A stretch of DNA of 59,823 nucleotides, filler included. It is 4 parts of 4 records of this genome, joined end to end, with 100 filler letters (N's around TTAATTAATTAA, not from the genome) between each part and the next. Parts side by side here need not be neighbours in the genome. Positions count along the whole stretch, not along the records: positions 10,672 to 19,383 come from SRR2962707_572; positions 19,484 to 50,755 come from SRR2962707_574; 2 more parts are not named here. The stretch is one strand, 5' to 3'. Under the pieces are notes generated by a model. It was not told the DNA's origin. It did no database searches and worked only from the letters and a program-made list of their open reading frames with translations. Position numbers and translations under genes: made by a program. Below, in pieces: positions 11,000-21,644 of this stretch; positions within the stretch are counted from its first letter, which is position 1; every line of letters begins with the position of its first letter.

Positions 11000-13122
11000 G
11001 CGGTGCAGGATTTCTGATCGCCCGCCTTGCGGGTAACAACAAACTGACACCTTCCGCAGCCTGTCTGGCGCCGCTTCTGGATGCCATGGCCTGGACCGGT
11101 TCGCCCCGGCAACTGGCTGAGTCCCTGACCGGGAACTGGGACGACATGTCCGTCCAGGCTGTTCGTAATACGATGGCCAATCTGAGCTACACCTCGACCC
11201 GCCACCGTGTCCGGCGTTCAAAAATCGACAAGCGGCTTTTGCCCTGCCTCTTTGAAGCCGACAATGGCGCTGTTCAGGTTATCACGCTGGCAAGCAACGG
11301 GGACGTTGTCATTTTTGATGGCACGTCACGCAAAAGCATTCGCAATCCCCGTGGGATGTCCCCCAAGGGTACGGCCTATTTCTTTGCCAAGAACAACCGC
11401 GGCGGCACCATTCGCATCCAGGACGGCAGTTGGCTCAAAACGGTCGCGCGGCGTTTCGAAGGTTACGTCGGCCAGCTGATGATGCTGACCTTCCTTCTTA
11501 ACATGCTGGCATTGGCAACGCCGATGTTTGTGATGGCCGTCTACGACAAGGTGATTGCCACCGGCGACAAGCAAACGCTGGTTTTCCTGGGTGTCGGCAT
11601 CGGACTGGCCCTGCTGTGTGACATTTTCCTGCGGCTGATACGTGGCGCTTTGCTCGCGCATCTGGGTGGGCGTTTCGAAATGATCGTCGGGTCTTCAACC
11701 GTCGATAAAATTCTGGATATGCCCCTCGCCCGGCTCGAACGGGCCACTGTGGGCATGCAGATCGCCCGGCTCCGTGAGTTCGAGGGTATCCGGGGTTTCT
11801 TCTCGGGCCCGCTGGCGATGTCGTTCATGGAAATGCCGTTTGTGATCATCTTCATCATCGCCATTGCCTTCATCGGCGGCTGGATCGCCCTTGTCCCCGT
11901 CGGCTTCATGATCATCTTTGGTGTTCTGGGCGCCATCATGATCCGTTATGCACGCGCAGCCGTGAAGCAGAACATCGAAGGCAGCGCCGATGCGCAGGGC
12001 ATCCTCGTCGAACTGCTGCAGAACACGCATTCCATTAAAGCGGAAGCTGCAGAAGACCTCTGGATGAACCGCTACCGCGAACGCTCCACCCGGCTCGCAC
12101 TCTCATCCCTCAAGAACGCGCGCGTGGCCAACATGGTCCAGACTTTCGGACAGCTGATGATGATCCTGGCCGGCGCCGGAACCCTGACCATCGGAACCAT
12201 TGCTGCAGCAAACGGCGGTATGACGGTGGGTGGTCTTATCGCCAGTATGGCATTTGTCTGGCGCATTCTGTCGCCGATGCAGATGATCTTCGTCGCTATG
12301 ACCAAGCTTGAAGAAGTCAAAAACGGTATGATCCGTGTCGATCAGCTGATGGCCCAGCCGACGGAAAGCCGCGTCACATCCGCTTCTCATACCGTGACCG
12401 AAGGCAGCCGTTTCAAAGGCCGCATCACGTTTTCCAACGTGGTTATCCGCTATCAGCCGAACCACGACCCGGCACTTGCCGGTGTCAGCTTTGACATTCG
12501 CCCCGGTGAAGTTGTTGCGATTGCCGGATCCAATGGCTCGGGCAAGTCATCCATTCTAAAACTGATCGCCGATCTTTATCAGCCGCAAGCCGGGGCCGTC
12601 TTCATTGACGGTGTCGACTCACGTCAGATCAACACCATCGATCTTCGCCAGTCCATCGCCTATCTGCCGCAGCAAACGGATCTGTTCTCAGGCACGATTG
12701 CGCAGAACCTCCGCCTGTCCAATCCGATCGCAAGTGATAGTGAACTTAACCGCGCACTGGAAAGAGCCGGGGTTCTGGATGACGTCCTTGAATTACATGA
12801 TGGCGTTGAGACCTATCTTACCGAACATTCGATCAAACAGATGTCTGCCGGCTTCCGTAAAGGCTTGGCCATTGCCAGAACACTTCTGAACGATGCACCC
12901 ATCGTGCTTCTCGATGAACCCGAGAATGCACTGGATATGGAATCCGATCACTGCATCATTGATCTGATCCGTGAATACCGCGGAAAACGCACCGTGATCA
13001 TCATCGCACACCGGCCTTCCTATATTCGTGAAGCCGACCGCGTCATCGTCATGAACCGCGGTTCCATCTCATTCGATGGAACGCCGGAAGAAATGGCGAA
13101 AGCGGCCGAGGCTGCTCAGTAA
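10996..13122 (+). CDS. Type I secretion ABC transporter (C39-like domain + TMD + NBD)
   Basis: LATPMFVMAVYDKVI, Walker A GSNGSGKS, LLDEP, IAHR. Followed by an HlyD-family gene. Confidence 0.9.
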   Translation: MSGAGFLIARLAGNNKLTPSAACLAPLLDAMAWTGSPRQLAESLTGNWDDMSVQAVRNTMANLSYTSTRHRVRRSKIDKRLLPCLFEADNGAVQVITLASNGDVVIFDGTSRKSIRNPRGMSPKGTAYFFAKNNRGGTIRIQDGSWLKTVARRFEGYVGQLMMLTFLLNMLALATPMFVMAVYDKVIATGDKQTLVFLGVGIGLALLCDIFLRLIRGALLAHLGGRFEMIVGSSTVDKILDMPLARLERATVGMQIARLREFEGIRGFFSGPLAMSFMEMPFVIIFIIAIAFIGGWIALVPVGFMIIFGVLGAIMIRYARAAVKQNIEGSADAQGILVELLQNTHSIKAEAAEDLWMNRYRERSTRLALSSLKNARVANMVQTFGQLMMILAGAGTLTIGTIAAANGGMTVGGLIASMAFVWRILSPMQMIFVAMTKLEEVKNGMIRVDQLMAQPTESRVTSASHTVTEGSRFKGRITFSNVVIRYQPNHDPALAGVSFDIRPGEVVAIAGSNGSGKSSILKLIADLYQPQAGAVFIDGVDSRQINTIDLRQSIAYLPQQTDLFSGTIAQNLRLSNPIASDSELNRALERAGVLDDVLELHDGVETYLTEHSIKQMSAGFRKGLAIARTLLNDAPIVLLDEPENALDMESDHCIIDLIREYRGKRTVIIIAHRPSYIREADRVIVMNRGSISFDGTPEEMAKAAEAAQ

Positions 13123-13134
13123 GGGATCCGAAAA

Positions 13135-14535
13135 ATGGATACGAACATGCCCAAGAAAGCACAGGCCCCCGCCCCCAATGGCCCGCCGCCCCCGATCCCG
13201 GGAGCTCCCGTAATTGCTGACGAAGGATTCCTGGTCGGCCGCGGGGCGCTGGCGCAGTCGCTTATGCTCGAAGAGCGCGGGCCCAGCCATTTGATCCGTC
13301 TTGCCGGTTTCTTCGTCTGCGTCATGGTTTGCCTTTTCATCGCATGGGCAGCGATTACTGAAATCACTGAAGTTGTCGTCTCTTCAGGTGAGGTTTCCCC
13401 GATCGGCTCGGTTAAGCGCGTGCAGCACCTCGAAGGTGGGATTGTGAAAGAACTGTTTGTCGGCGAAGGCGATCTGGTGAATCAGGGCGAAGTCATGATC
13501 AAACTGGACGACGCCGGTATCGTGCCCGAACGTGACCAGTTGATGACACGGCTGTCAAACCTGGAACTCCGTGCGCAACAGCTTGCAGCGGTTATCAGCG
13601 GCGAAGAATTCGATCTCAGCAAAGTTGAACCGCGCTATCGCACACTTGCAAAAACACAGGTTGAAGTCCTTGCGGCAAAACGTGAAGCACTCGATGCCCA
13701 GGCGGAAGTGCTGCGCGATCAGCTAAGCCAACGCCGCAACGAACTCGAACTCCTGCGCGATCAGGTCGCCGGCAACAAACGGCAAATTCAGATCCTCAAA
13801 CAACAGGTCGGCATGCGCAAAACGCTGGAAGAAAAAGGCCTGATTTCAAAGGTTATCCTGCTGAACGATCAACGCGAACTGGCCCGGGCCGAGGGTGCTT
13901 TGGCGGAACTGGTCGGCAAACAGAAAACAGCTCAGAACGCTATCGATGAAGCCGAAAGCCGCCTTGAAGAGATGGAATCCCGTTCACGAATGGATGCGCG
14001 GGAACAATACGCCCAGGTACTTGGTGAAATCGCCGAATTGAAGGAAACCATCGAGCTCAAGAATGATCAGATCCGCAGACTGGATATCCGCTCACCGGTC
14101 ACCGGCATTGCCCAGGAACTCCAAACCGAAACCGTCGGTGGTGTCATCGCCCCCGGCTCCACGGTGCTTGAGGTCATCCCCAACGATGCCGATCTGTTCG
14201 TCGAAGCCCGAATTTCGACACAGGATATCGGTTTCATCTACGTCGATCAGGAAGCCACGGTTAAGGTCACGGCCTTCGATTATACCCGTTACGGCGGCAT
14301 CGATGGCATCATCCAGGGTTTCTCCGCCACGACCGTTCAGGATGAAGAAGGCAATACGTTCTACCGGGCCCGCATTAAGCTGGCCAAGAACTACGTCGGT
14401 GACGACCCGGCCCGTAACCGTGTGCTGCCGGGGATGGAAGTGATTGCGGACATCAAGACAGGCAAGAAAACCCTTCTTGAGTTCCTTCTGAAACCGGTCG
14501 TGAAGGCACTTTCGGAAAGCTTCCGCGAACGGTGA
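13135..14535 (+). CDS. HlyD-family type I secretion adaptor
   Basis: TM segment, VQHLEGGIV, IRSPVTG, AFDYTRYG, PGMEVIADIKTG. Confidence 0.93.
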   Translation: MDTNMPKKAQAPAPNGPPPPIPGAPVIADEGFLVGRGALAQSLMLEERGPSHLIRLAGFFVCVMVCLFIAWAAITEITEVVVSSGEVSPIGSVKRVQHLEGGIVKELFVGEGDLVNQGEVMIKLDDAGIVPERDQLMTRLSNLELRAQQLAAVISGEEFDLSKVEPRYRTLAKTQVEVLAAKREALDAQAEVLRDQLSQRRNELELLRDQVAGNKRQIQILKQQVGMRKTLEEKGLISKVILLNDQRELARAEGALAELVGKQKTAQNAIDEAESRLEEMESRSRMDAREQYAQVLGEIAELKETIELKNDQIRRLDIRSPVTGIAQELQTETVGGVIAPGSTVLEVIPNDADLFVEARISTQDIGFIYVDQEATVKVTAFDYTRYGGIDGIIQGFSATTVQDEEGNTFYRARIKLAKNYVGDDPARNRVLPGMEVIADIKTGKKTLLEFLLKPVVKALSESFRER

Positions 14536-14568
14536 TCAGGAGCCCTTCGGTTCCATTATTTTGAGATA

Positions 14569-14606
14569 AAACGCAAAAATCCTCTTATATTGGGGGTTCT
14601 GCGTTC
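14569..14606. terminator. Imperfect hairpin after hlyD, possible terminator
   Basis: AACGCAAAAATCCTC-loop-GGGGGTTCTGCGTT. Confidence 0.45.
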
Positions 14607-14648
14607 CTACGTCTTAGTCCTCTGTTTTTATCTGTGGAGGATACGACA

Positions 14649-15395
14649 ATGCGTGGACTTCTTGCTTCTATAGTAGCTTTCGGCATGACTGCAGCCGTCT
14701 CCATGACGGCTGTCGCCGGTGAAACCGTCAACTATGCATCCGGTGATATGGCGCTCGAAGGCTACAAGGCTCCTGCTGCCGGCACTTCCAAAGGCCTTGT
14801 GCTGGTTATTCACGACTGGGACGGGCTTACGGATTACGAGCGCAAACGTGCGGATATGCTGGCCGCCATGGGCTATGACGCCTTTGCCGTCGATCTCTAT
14901 GGCAAAGGAAACCGGCCAACAGAAACGGGCGCCAAAAAAGCCGAAACACAGAAATTGTACAAAGACCGGGAAAAAATGCGCACCCTGATCCTCGCCGGTC
15001 TGGATGAAGCGCGGAAAATGAACAGCGGCAAGGCCGTGGTCATGGGGTACTGCTTCGGCGGTGCGGCAACGCTCGAACTGGCCCGTTCCGGGAAGGCCAA
15101 GGATGTTGCCGGGTATGCGACATTCCATGGCGGCCTTTCCACGCCGGAGGGACAGAGCTATGGGGCAGACACCCCGCCTCTCTTCATCGCGCATGGAGGT
15201 GCGGATTCATCCATCACGATGGATCATGTCGCCGATCTTTCAAAACAACTGGAAAGCGCAGGCGTGACTTATGAAATCGAGGTTTATTCAGGAGCACCGC
15301 ATGCCTTTACAGTCTTTGAATCTAATCGCTACCGCAAGGTTGCCGATGAAAAGTCGTGGGCGACATTTTCCGAGTTCCTGAAAACAAATCTCTAG
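14649..15395 (+). CDS. Dienelactone hydrolase family protein, exported
   Basis: Signal peptide, HDWDG, nucleophile motif GYCFGG, HGGAD, GAPHAF. Confidence 0.9.
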   Translation: MRGLLASIVAFGMTAAVSMTAVAGETVNYASGDMALEGYKAPAAGTSKGLVLVIHDWDGLTDYERKRADMLAAMGYDAFAVDLYGKGNRPTETGAKKAETQKLYKDREKMRTLILAGLDEARKMNSGKAVVMGYCFGGAATLELARSGKAKDVAGYATFHGGLSTPEGQSYGADTPPLFIAHGGADSSITMDHVADLSKQLESAGVTYEIEVYSGAPHAFTVFESNRYRKVADEKSWATFSEFLKTNL

Positions 15396-15414
15396 GGGGT
15401 CAGAATGGCGAGCG

Positions 15415-16026
15415 TTAGCGTTCAGCGGGCATTTTCTTGTAGAAATGCCACAGCATGACAGCAGCAACGCTTCTGTAAGGGCGCCAGCGCTCGCCGATGA
15501 CCTCAAGCTCCAGAGGCCCGGGCCTGTGTTCAAGGCCCAAAAGCCGCCCTGCCGCACTCTGCAATGCAATATCGCCAACCGGCATGATGTCCGGCCGGCC
15601 CAATGCAAACATCAGATAGATTTCTGCAGTCCAGCGTCCAATCCCCTTGAGCCGGGTCAATTCCGTGAAGACCGTGTCCTGCCGGCAACGATGCAGCCGA
15701 TCAAGATCGAGTTCACCGCTTTGTATGGCTAAGGCAATCCCATGGACGTATCGGGCCTTGGGCCCACTTAACCCAGCTAACCTTAGTCCTTCCTCGCCAA
15801 GCATAATCACGCTATCTGGGGAAACGACTCCGCAGGATGTCTCAAGCCTTTTCCAGATCGCCGCACCAGCCTGAACCGACACCTGCTGATCAATGATAAT
15901 CCGGACAAGCGTCGCAAACCCGGGTGCACGTTTTCTGGATTTAGGATAGCCATACAACCTCACCGCGCGCCGCATATCGGGGCACTTATCATAAATGTAA
16001 TTCAGTCCGTTGCGGAAACCCCTCAT
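15415..16026 (-). CDS. alkA: DNA-3-methyladenine glycosylase II (AlkA/HhH-GPD family)
   Basis: IIDQQVS, HhH LKGIGRWTA, PVGD, WRPYRS. Start uncertain (ATG 16026; ORF open to 16062). Confidence 0.85.
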   Translation of the reverse strand: MRGFRNGLNYIYDKCPDMRRAVRLYGYPKSRKRAPGFATLVRIIIDQQVSVQAGAAIWKRLETSCGVVSPDSVIMLGEEGLRLAGLSGPKARYVHGIALAIQSGELDLDRLHRCRQDTVFTELTRLKGIGRWTAEIYLMFALGRPDIMPVGDIALQSAAGRLLGLEHRPGPLELEVIGERWRPYRSVAAVMLWHFYKKMPAER

Positions 16027-16077
16027 ATGTTGAAGAATACTTACAACGTATGGTTTTCGCACGAAATTAGCGTGGGA

Positions 16078-16105
16078 AAATTAAGTTCATCCTTGAACTT
16101 AATTT
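16078..16105. promoter_or_regulatory. Perfect 12-bp inverted repeat, candidate operator
   Basis: AAATTAAGTTCA-TCCT-TGAACTTAATTT in an AT-rich divergent intergenic region. Confidence 0.55.
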
Positions 16106-16247
16106 GACATGCATTCAGTTTAAAAAGCCTCGAGATTTCTTTTAACAAAATGACACAAAATGCCTCAAAAAATAACCAACCCCTGTTCGCTTGGGCTTTT
16201 GGACTCATTTAAAATACTTATGGGTCTGCTCATTAAATCAGGAATAG

Positions 16248-17987
16248 ATGAGTAACTTGGATAAACATAAATCCGCGCATATGTTGAATTTGGGGCGGTT
16301 CGCTGCCCTTGCCTTCTGTCGTGCAGATATTCTTTTTCAGGTTTCTCAGGATCTTAAGGTCAAATTCTGCACCGGTCCGGCGCATGCTTTTTTCGGCAAG
16401 TCCGAAAATGAACTGATGGGCATCGATTTTCTGGATTTCATCCATCCCGATGACAAATCTATCGTAAGCGATATGTTCCGCGTCAAAAGCCGCGATGCAC
16501 GCGTCGATGATCTTATTGTCCGCGCAATCACACCTGCCAACAGCAACGCGGAAATCGCAATTTCCGGATATCGTGTGCCCGACTTCGATAATGATTATTT
16601 TCTGGCCGTCAAAATCGCGCCCAAACAGACAATCCCCGTCGGCAGAAAACCCGAAGACCGTGATACGGAATCTGGTGTCCTAAACAACGAAGCATTTGTC
16701 GATGCGGCCACTCAGCGGGTGCGGTCATACGAAGCGGCCGGGGGTAAACCCAAGGTCAGTATGATCAATATCGGCGATCTGGCCGATGCCGGTATTGAAG
16801 CCGGCAGCGCCGAAGAAGCTGAGGTCCTGAAAGCCATCGGCCAGACTCTCAGCCAGCAATCTCTCGGCGGAGATACTGCCGGACGGATAGACGATGAAAA
16901 CTTCTCAATCGTGCATGGTGATGACGTCGATGCCATCGGGCTGAGCGAGAAGATCTCCAACGCGATGAGTGCCGTCGCACCAAACGCCAAGTCGTTTGTC
17001 CCTAAAGTTGCAACCGTCGACGCAAAAGCCGGCGGGATGGATGACAAGCAGCTCGCCAAGGCAATGCTGTATTCGCTTCAGGAATTTACAAAGCATGATG
17101 GGGAACTCCCAGATGGGGACCTCAATGCCATTCTTGAAAAAAAGATGTCCGAAAACGTCAAGGATATCGAGCGTTTCAAGAAAATCTGCGCTGACGGCAG
17201 CTTTGATCTCGTCTACATGCCCGTGGCATCGCTCAAGGACGGCCATATCCACCATTTTGAAGCCCTGACCCGCTTTCGCGACGATGCCGGTGAATCCCCT
17301 TTTCAATTGATCACCCTGGCGGAAGAAGTCGGTGTCATTTCGGATTTTGACCTGGCCGTTGCAAAACGCGCCATTCAGACTGCCGAAGCCGCCAAAAAGC
17401 TAGGCCCCTTTACCCCGATTGCGATCAACGTCTCCGGTCACTCCATCAGCGATGCCGAATTCTGTGAAGAGCTCAAAAGACTGCTCACTGAAAAGTACGG
17501 GTACGAAGAACATATCAGCCTGGAAATCACGGAATCCGCAGAGATAAAGGATCTGCAAGGGGTAAACGATGCTATTCAGCGGTTCCGCCGCATGGGCTTC
17601 AAGGTTGCGCTCGATGATTTCGGCGCCGGGGCTGCCAGTTTCGATTACCTGAACAGCTTTGACGTCGATACGGTCAAGTTCGATGGTCCGGTTGTAAAGC
17701 GCGCTGTTGCAACCAAGAAAGGCAAAGCCTTCCTGGCCTCGATGGCAACGCTTTGTCATGAGATCGAAGTCGAAACTATCGCCGAGATGGTCGAGGATCA
17801 GGCTCTCGCAGATTTCCTGGGACAGTGCGGCATTGAACTGGGCCAGGGCTGGCATTTCGGCAAACCGATGCCGACGGAACAGGCCTTTCCCGGCATTCAG
17901 ATGGACCCCGAAAAACCCAAAGGCGATGACGCCGAATTCTTTCAGGGGCAATCACTGATGGACCGCTTGAACAGCGGCAAGCTCTGA
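16248..17987 (+). CDS. PAS + degenerate GGDEF + EAL c-di-GMP phosphodiesterase
   Basis: PAS (FIHPDD), GGDEF position reads RIDDENF, EAL motifs FEALTR, INVSG, LEITES, ALDDFGAG, VKFDG, IAEMVE, QGW. Confidence 0.88.
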   Translation: MSNLDKHKSAHMLNLGRFAALAFCRADILFQVSQDLKVKFCTGPAHAFFGKSENELMGIDFLDFIHPDDKSIVSDMFRVKSRDARVDDLIVRAITPANSNAEIAISGYRVPDFDNDYFLAVKIAPKQTIPVGRKPEDRDTESGVLNNEAFVDAATQRVRSYEAAGGKPKVSMINIGDLADAGIEAGSAEEAEVLKAIGQTLSQQSLGGDTAGRIDDENFSIVHGDDVDAIGLSEKISNAMSAVAPNAKSFVPKVATVDAKAGGMDDKQLAKAMLYSLQEFTKHDGELPDGDLNAILEKKMSENVKDIERFKKICADGSFDLVYMPVASLKDGHIHHFEALTRFRDDAGESPFQLITLAEEVGVISDFDLAVAKRAIQTAEAAKKLGPFTPIAINVSGHSISDAEFCEELKRLLTEKYGYEEHISLEITESAEIKDLQGVNDAIQRFRRMGFKVALDDFGAGAASFDYLNSFDVDTVKFDGPVVKRAVATKKGKAFLASMATLCHEIEVETIAEMVEDQALADFLGQCGIELGQGWHFGKPMPTEQAFPGIQMDPEKPKGDDAEFFQGQSLMDRLNSGKL

Positions 17988-17993
17988 GCTGCC

Positions 17994-19383
17994 CTAGCGT
18001 AGTTCTTCCAGCGGGGTCACGCCGATCACCTGCAGTCCTGAAGCAATAACCGTCGCCACGCCGACGACGAGCCCAAGCCGCGCATGCGTCGCATCCAGTT
18101 CGTTTTCATCAATAAACCGCAACCGCGCATTATCCTTACCCTTGTTCCACAAACCATGGAACAGCGCCGCCAGGTCATTCAGATAAAAGGCAATCCGGTG
18201 CGGCTCCTGTGCTTCGGCAGCCGCTTCAACGGTTTTCGGCCAATTCGCCAGCATCCGTATGATCTCAATTTCGGAGCTGTCGTTGAGCAGGCTCAAATCC
18301 GCCTTGGCAAGCTTATCAGGTGTTAAATCTGCTGCATCAACGACTTCTGCTGCATTGCGCAGGACCGAATGGCAGCGCGCATGTGCGTATTGCACATAGA
18401 ACACCGGGTTATCACGAGACTGTTCAAGTGCCTTGTCGAGATCGAAATCCATCTGGCTGTCATTTTTACGAGTCAGCATAATGAAGCGGACGATATCCTT
18501 GCCGTTCTCGCCAAGCTCATCGATCAAATCGCGCAGGGTCACGAAATTGCCGGCGCGTTTTGACATCCGGAACGGCTCGCCCCCTTTTTTCAGGTGCACG
18601 ATCTGGCAGAGCTTGACTTCCAGCTCCCCTTCACCGCCGGTGACCGCACGGACGGCAGCCTGCATACGTTTTACATAACCGCCGTGGTCCGCCCCCCAGA
18701 CATCGATCATGGTTTTGAAACCACGCTCAAACTTGTCCAGATGGTTAGCAATGTCGTTTGAGAAATAGGTCCATGAACCGTCGGATTTCTTCAAGGGCCG
18801 GTCGGTGTCGTCGCCAAATTCCGTAGCCTTGAACAATGTCTGCTCTCTTGGTTCCCAGTCCTCGGGGGCAGCCTTACCCTTGGGCGGCTCAAGCACGCCG
18901 CGATAGATCAGTCCCCGGGCTTCGAGCAGGTCCTGGACATGCTCGACTTTGCCCGCGGCAACGAGATCCCGTTCAGACGTATATACGTCCTGATCGATCC
19001 CCAGCGCGGCCAAATCATCCTTGATCTGCTGTAGCAGACGTTCGATGGCGACGTTTCGGAAAGTATCGATCCACTCTTCCTCCGGTGCGTCCTTCAGACC
19101 GTCGCCCAGCGTATCCGCCAGTTCCGCGCCTATCGGAATCATGTACTCGCCCGGATACAGACCATCCGGCACGTCACCGATTTCCTCGCCAAGCGCTTCG
19201 CGGTACCTGAGATGGGCAGAACGGGCAAGCTGATCGACCTGATTACCGGCATCATTGATGTAATATTCCGAGGTGACGTCAAAACCGGCCTTGCGCAGCA
19301 GATTGACCAGCGCATCACCGACGACAGCCCCTCGCGCATGGGCCACGTGCAATGGCCCCGTCGGATTGGCGGAAACGTATTCG
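17994..19383 (-). CDS. argS: Arginyl-tRNA synthetase, 5'-truncated by the contig edge
   Basis: [12 protein letters not shown] (HIGH motif), [21 protein letters not shown]. Confidence 0.96.
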
Positions 19384-19483
19384 NNNNNNNNNNNNNNNNN
19401 NNNNNNNNNNNNNNNNNNNNNNNNNNNTTAATTAATTAANNNNNNNNNNNNNNNNNNNNNNNNNNNNNNNNNNNNNNNNNNNN
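19384..19483. other. Artificial contig spacer
   Basis: 44 N + TTAATTAATTAA + 44 N. Confidence 0.98.
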
Positions 19484-19607
19484 CTTGATAGCCAGAACGG
19501 AAGCGTCCCATCGTGGCGGTTTGCGACAGAACCCGACCGACAAGGTTCCGGGCAAGACCGGTCAATGCGCCCGTCTCTTTGACTTGGAGCCGGGCGGGAC
19601 CTGAAAC

Positions 19608-19856
19608 CTAGTCCTGCTCGCGGGTGCCTGGCGCCGCTTCTCTTTGCTCGCTGTCCTCGAGATCGGTCGCGACATCAAACTGGTCGCCGTGGCCGGCGTT
19701 GCGAAGCGCTTCCCTCCGCGCTTCGTGCGAAACGGCATCTTCGGGGCTGGTCTCAGTCCGCGAAACTGAAGGGTCCAGCGATGCTTCCGGTTGGGTATCT
19801 GCGCCCTGATCCGGGCTGTTGGTTGCCTTGGCGGCTCCGGGGTTGGATTTCCTCAT
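19608..19856 (-). CDS. Small hydrophilic hypothetical protein
   Basis: RBS AGGAG before ATG 19856 (MRKSNPG...). EcfG-type promoter upstream. Confidence 0.65.
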   Translation of the reverse strand: MRKSNPGAAKATNSPDQGADTQPEASLDPSVSRTETSPEDAVSHEARREALRNAGHGDQFDVATDLEDSEQREAAPGTREQD

Positions 19857-19883
19857 CTCGGTCTCCTGTTTCCAAAACGGACC

Positions 19884-19908
19884 AACCCTGAGGATGCCGT
19901 ATTGTTCC
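19884..19908 (-). promoter_or_regulatory. EcfG/RpoE2-type promoter
   Basis: Minus strand GGAAC-N16-GGTT. Confidence 0.7.
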
Positions 19909-20036
19909 GTCCTCATCGCGACAGCGGCGCTCACTTTGGGGCGCGAGATCGGGTTCGCCAGATGACTACAACCGGTAGGCGACAAGTGCCGCGCCAGTAT
20001 GGCCACGCCCGAACGCGAGATTTTCCCCCGCACAGC

Positions 20037-20061
20037 CGAACGTTTTCGTGTCTGCCGAGTT
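20037..20061 (+). promoter_or_regulatory. EcfG/RpoE2-type promoter for sodC
   Basis: CGAAC-N16-AGTT, about 47 nt before the sodC ATG. Confidence 0.55.
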
Positions 20062-20108
20062 GGTTGTTTTTAACGCGGGCTTCCCGCCAACTACGAAAGG
20101 ATGATCAG

Positions 20109-20630
20109 ATGACATCACGTTTAGCGATCACGCTTGCCCTGTTGCTATGCTCCGGCAGCACCTATGCCGCCGAGGGAGACCGTGTAAGCGGTACATTGGA
20201 AGGCGACGGAATCCGGGGAGAAATCTCCATGCTTGAGAGCGCCTCCGGCACTGTGCATGTCGAAGTAACCGCGGACGGCGTGCCCGAAGGCGCGCACGGC
20301 ATCCATGTCCATGAGATCGGCAAATGCGAGGCTGCCGACGAGTTCAAATCATCAGGCGAACACCTGGCTGCCGGTCTCGATCACGGCATCATGAGCGCTG
20401 GCGGGCCTCATCCGGGAGACCTGCCCAACGTGCATGCGAGCGCAGAGGGAATGGTTCACGCCGAATTCTTCCTGCGCGGGTTTTCGCTTGGAACTGAGGG
20501 CGATGCGCGCATTCTCGATGATAACGGAGCATCCGTGGTCTTGCACTCAGGCCCTGATGACTACGCCAGCCAGCCCTCCGGCGATTCAGGCAGCCGCATC
20601 GCCTGTGCCGTGCTGAACGCGGCAGAGTAA
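20109..20630 (+). CDS. sodC: Periplasmic Cu/Zn superoxide dismutase
   Basis: Signal peptide MTSRLAITLALLL, HGIHVHE, HPGDLPN, VVLH, GSRIAC. Confidence 0.92.
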   Translation: MTSRLAITLALLLCSGSTYAAEGDRVSGTLEGDGIRGEISMLESASGTVHVEVTADGVPEGAHGIHVHEIGKCEAADEFKSSGEHLAAGLDHGIMSAGGPHPGDLPNVHASAEGMVHAEFFLRGFSLGTEGDARILDDNGASVVLHSGPDDYASQPSGDSGSRIACAVLNAAE

Positions 20631-20678
20631 CCCCGCATTTGCACGCGATCATGAATGAAACTCCCAAAGGAGATTACG

Positions 20679-20972
20679 ATGCAACAGTCAGACAAAAACA
20701 AGATCGAAGACAGCAACGCCCGGCCGCTGCCCGAACCGGATACCGCCCATGAACGCAACAAGGTGACACCGGAAAGCAAGGACCTTACCGACCCGGCGGA
20801 AGTCTGGAACGACGGCGAAACCACTCCGACCTCCCAGCCGCGCAGGACAACCGGCGGCGACCGTGTCGCCGATGCGGGTGACGTGGGCGGTGGCACGCCG
20901 TCGCCCTATTCCGAAGAAACCCAGGCCGACGCCTTGGCCCGCCAGACAAAAAGACCCGCATCCGGCAAGTGA
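20679..20972 (+). CDS. Small hydrophilic hypothetical protein
   Basis: RBS AAGGAG before ATG 20679. Charged, low-complexity sequence. Confidence 0.6.
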   Translation: MQQSDKNKIEDSNARPLPEPDTAHERNKVTPESKDLTDPAEVWNDGETTPTSQPRRTTGGDRVADAGDVGGGTPSPYSEETQADALARQTKRPASGK

Positions 20973-21197
20973 CAGCGCTTGCCCCCCAGCGCCGACCACT
21001 TGGGCCGGGCCGGAAATCCCCGGTTGCCAGCCAAAAGCATGTTGGCAATCAGATCAATTCAGCACGCCTGCACAGACATGACGAGCGCATCGCAGGCCAT
21101 GGCAGTCTGCCGCAAACCCTGAACGCACCCCACGGGTTCGCACCAGGAACTCGCACTGGCGACGCGCAAGATGGCACCAACGAAAAAGAGTGATGAA

Positions 21198-21491
21198 ATG
21201 GTCTACAAGGAACGCGAATATTTCGGTGAACCGGCAGAACCGGAACGTGAAGCGATGGCGAAACTGGAAGCAGATGTCGCAGCGGCCCTTGGGGCCAGCG
21301 GCAAGCTTGACGCGGTCGATGTCGAGGTAACGGTGATGCCTGGATGCGCTGTGGTCCTCAGCGGCTGGGTGATGGATGAAGCGGAACTCGGTGACTGCAT
21401 TGAAACCGCCCAGTCTGTCGCTGGCGTGAAACATGTCAAGAGCAAGATCGGTGTGCGAAACAGCTCCCCTCCCATCAACAGCGGTGACTAG
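21198..21491 (+). CDS. BON domain protein
   Basis: VAAAL...VEVTV...VVLSGWV...AQSVAGVKHVKSKI matches the BON/OsmY pattern. Confidence 0.8.
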   Translation: MVYKEREYFGEPAEPEREAMAKLEADVAAALGASGKLDAVDVEVTVMPGCAVVLSGWVMDEAELGDCIETAQSVAGVKHVKSKIGVRNSSPPINSGD

Positions 21492-21644
21492 AGCTTAGCT
21501 GGTTTCGATCAGCACGCGTCGCATCTGCCCGTCCCTCGGGCTTCCGTACCCGAAGCTGCGATGAACCGTCAAAGCCTGGGGGGTGGGCGCGAGTGCGTCG
21601 TGTTGACCACGCCTCACCTTTCCAGTCCGCCCTTGGCGGCATTG

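Noticed and set aside
21113-21138. Possible sixth EcfG promoter (CAAAC-N17-GGTT) before the BON gene
   Set aside because: The -35 match is too weak to call.
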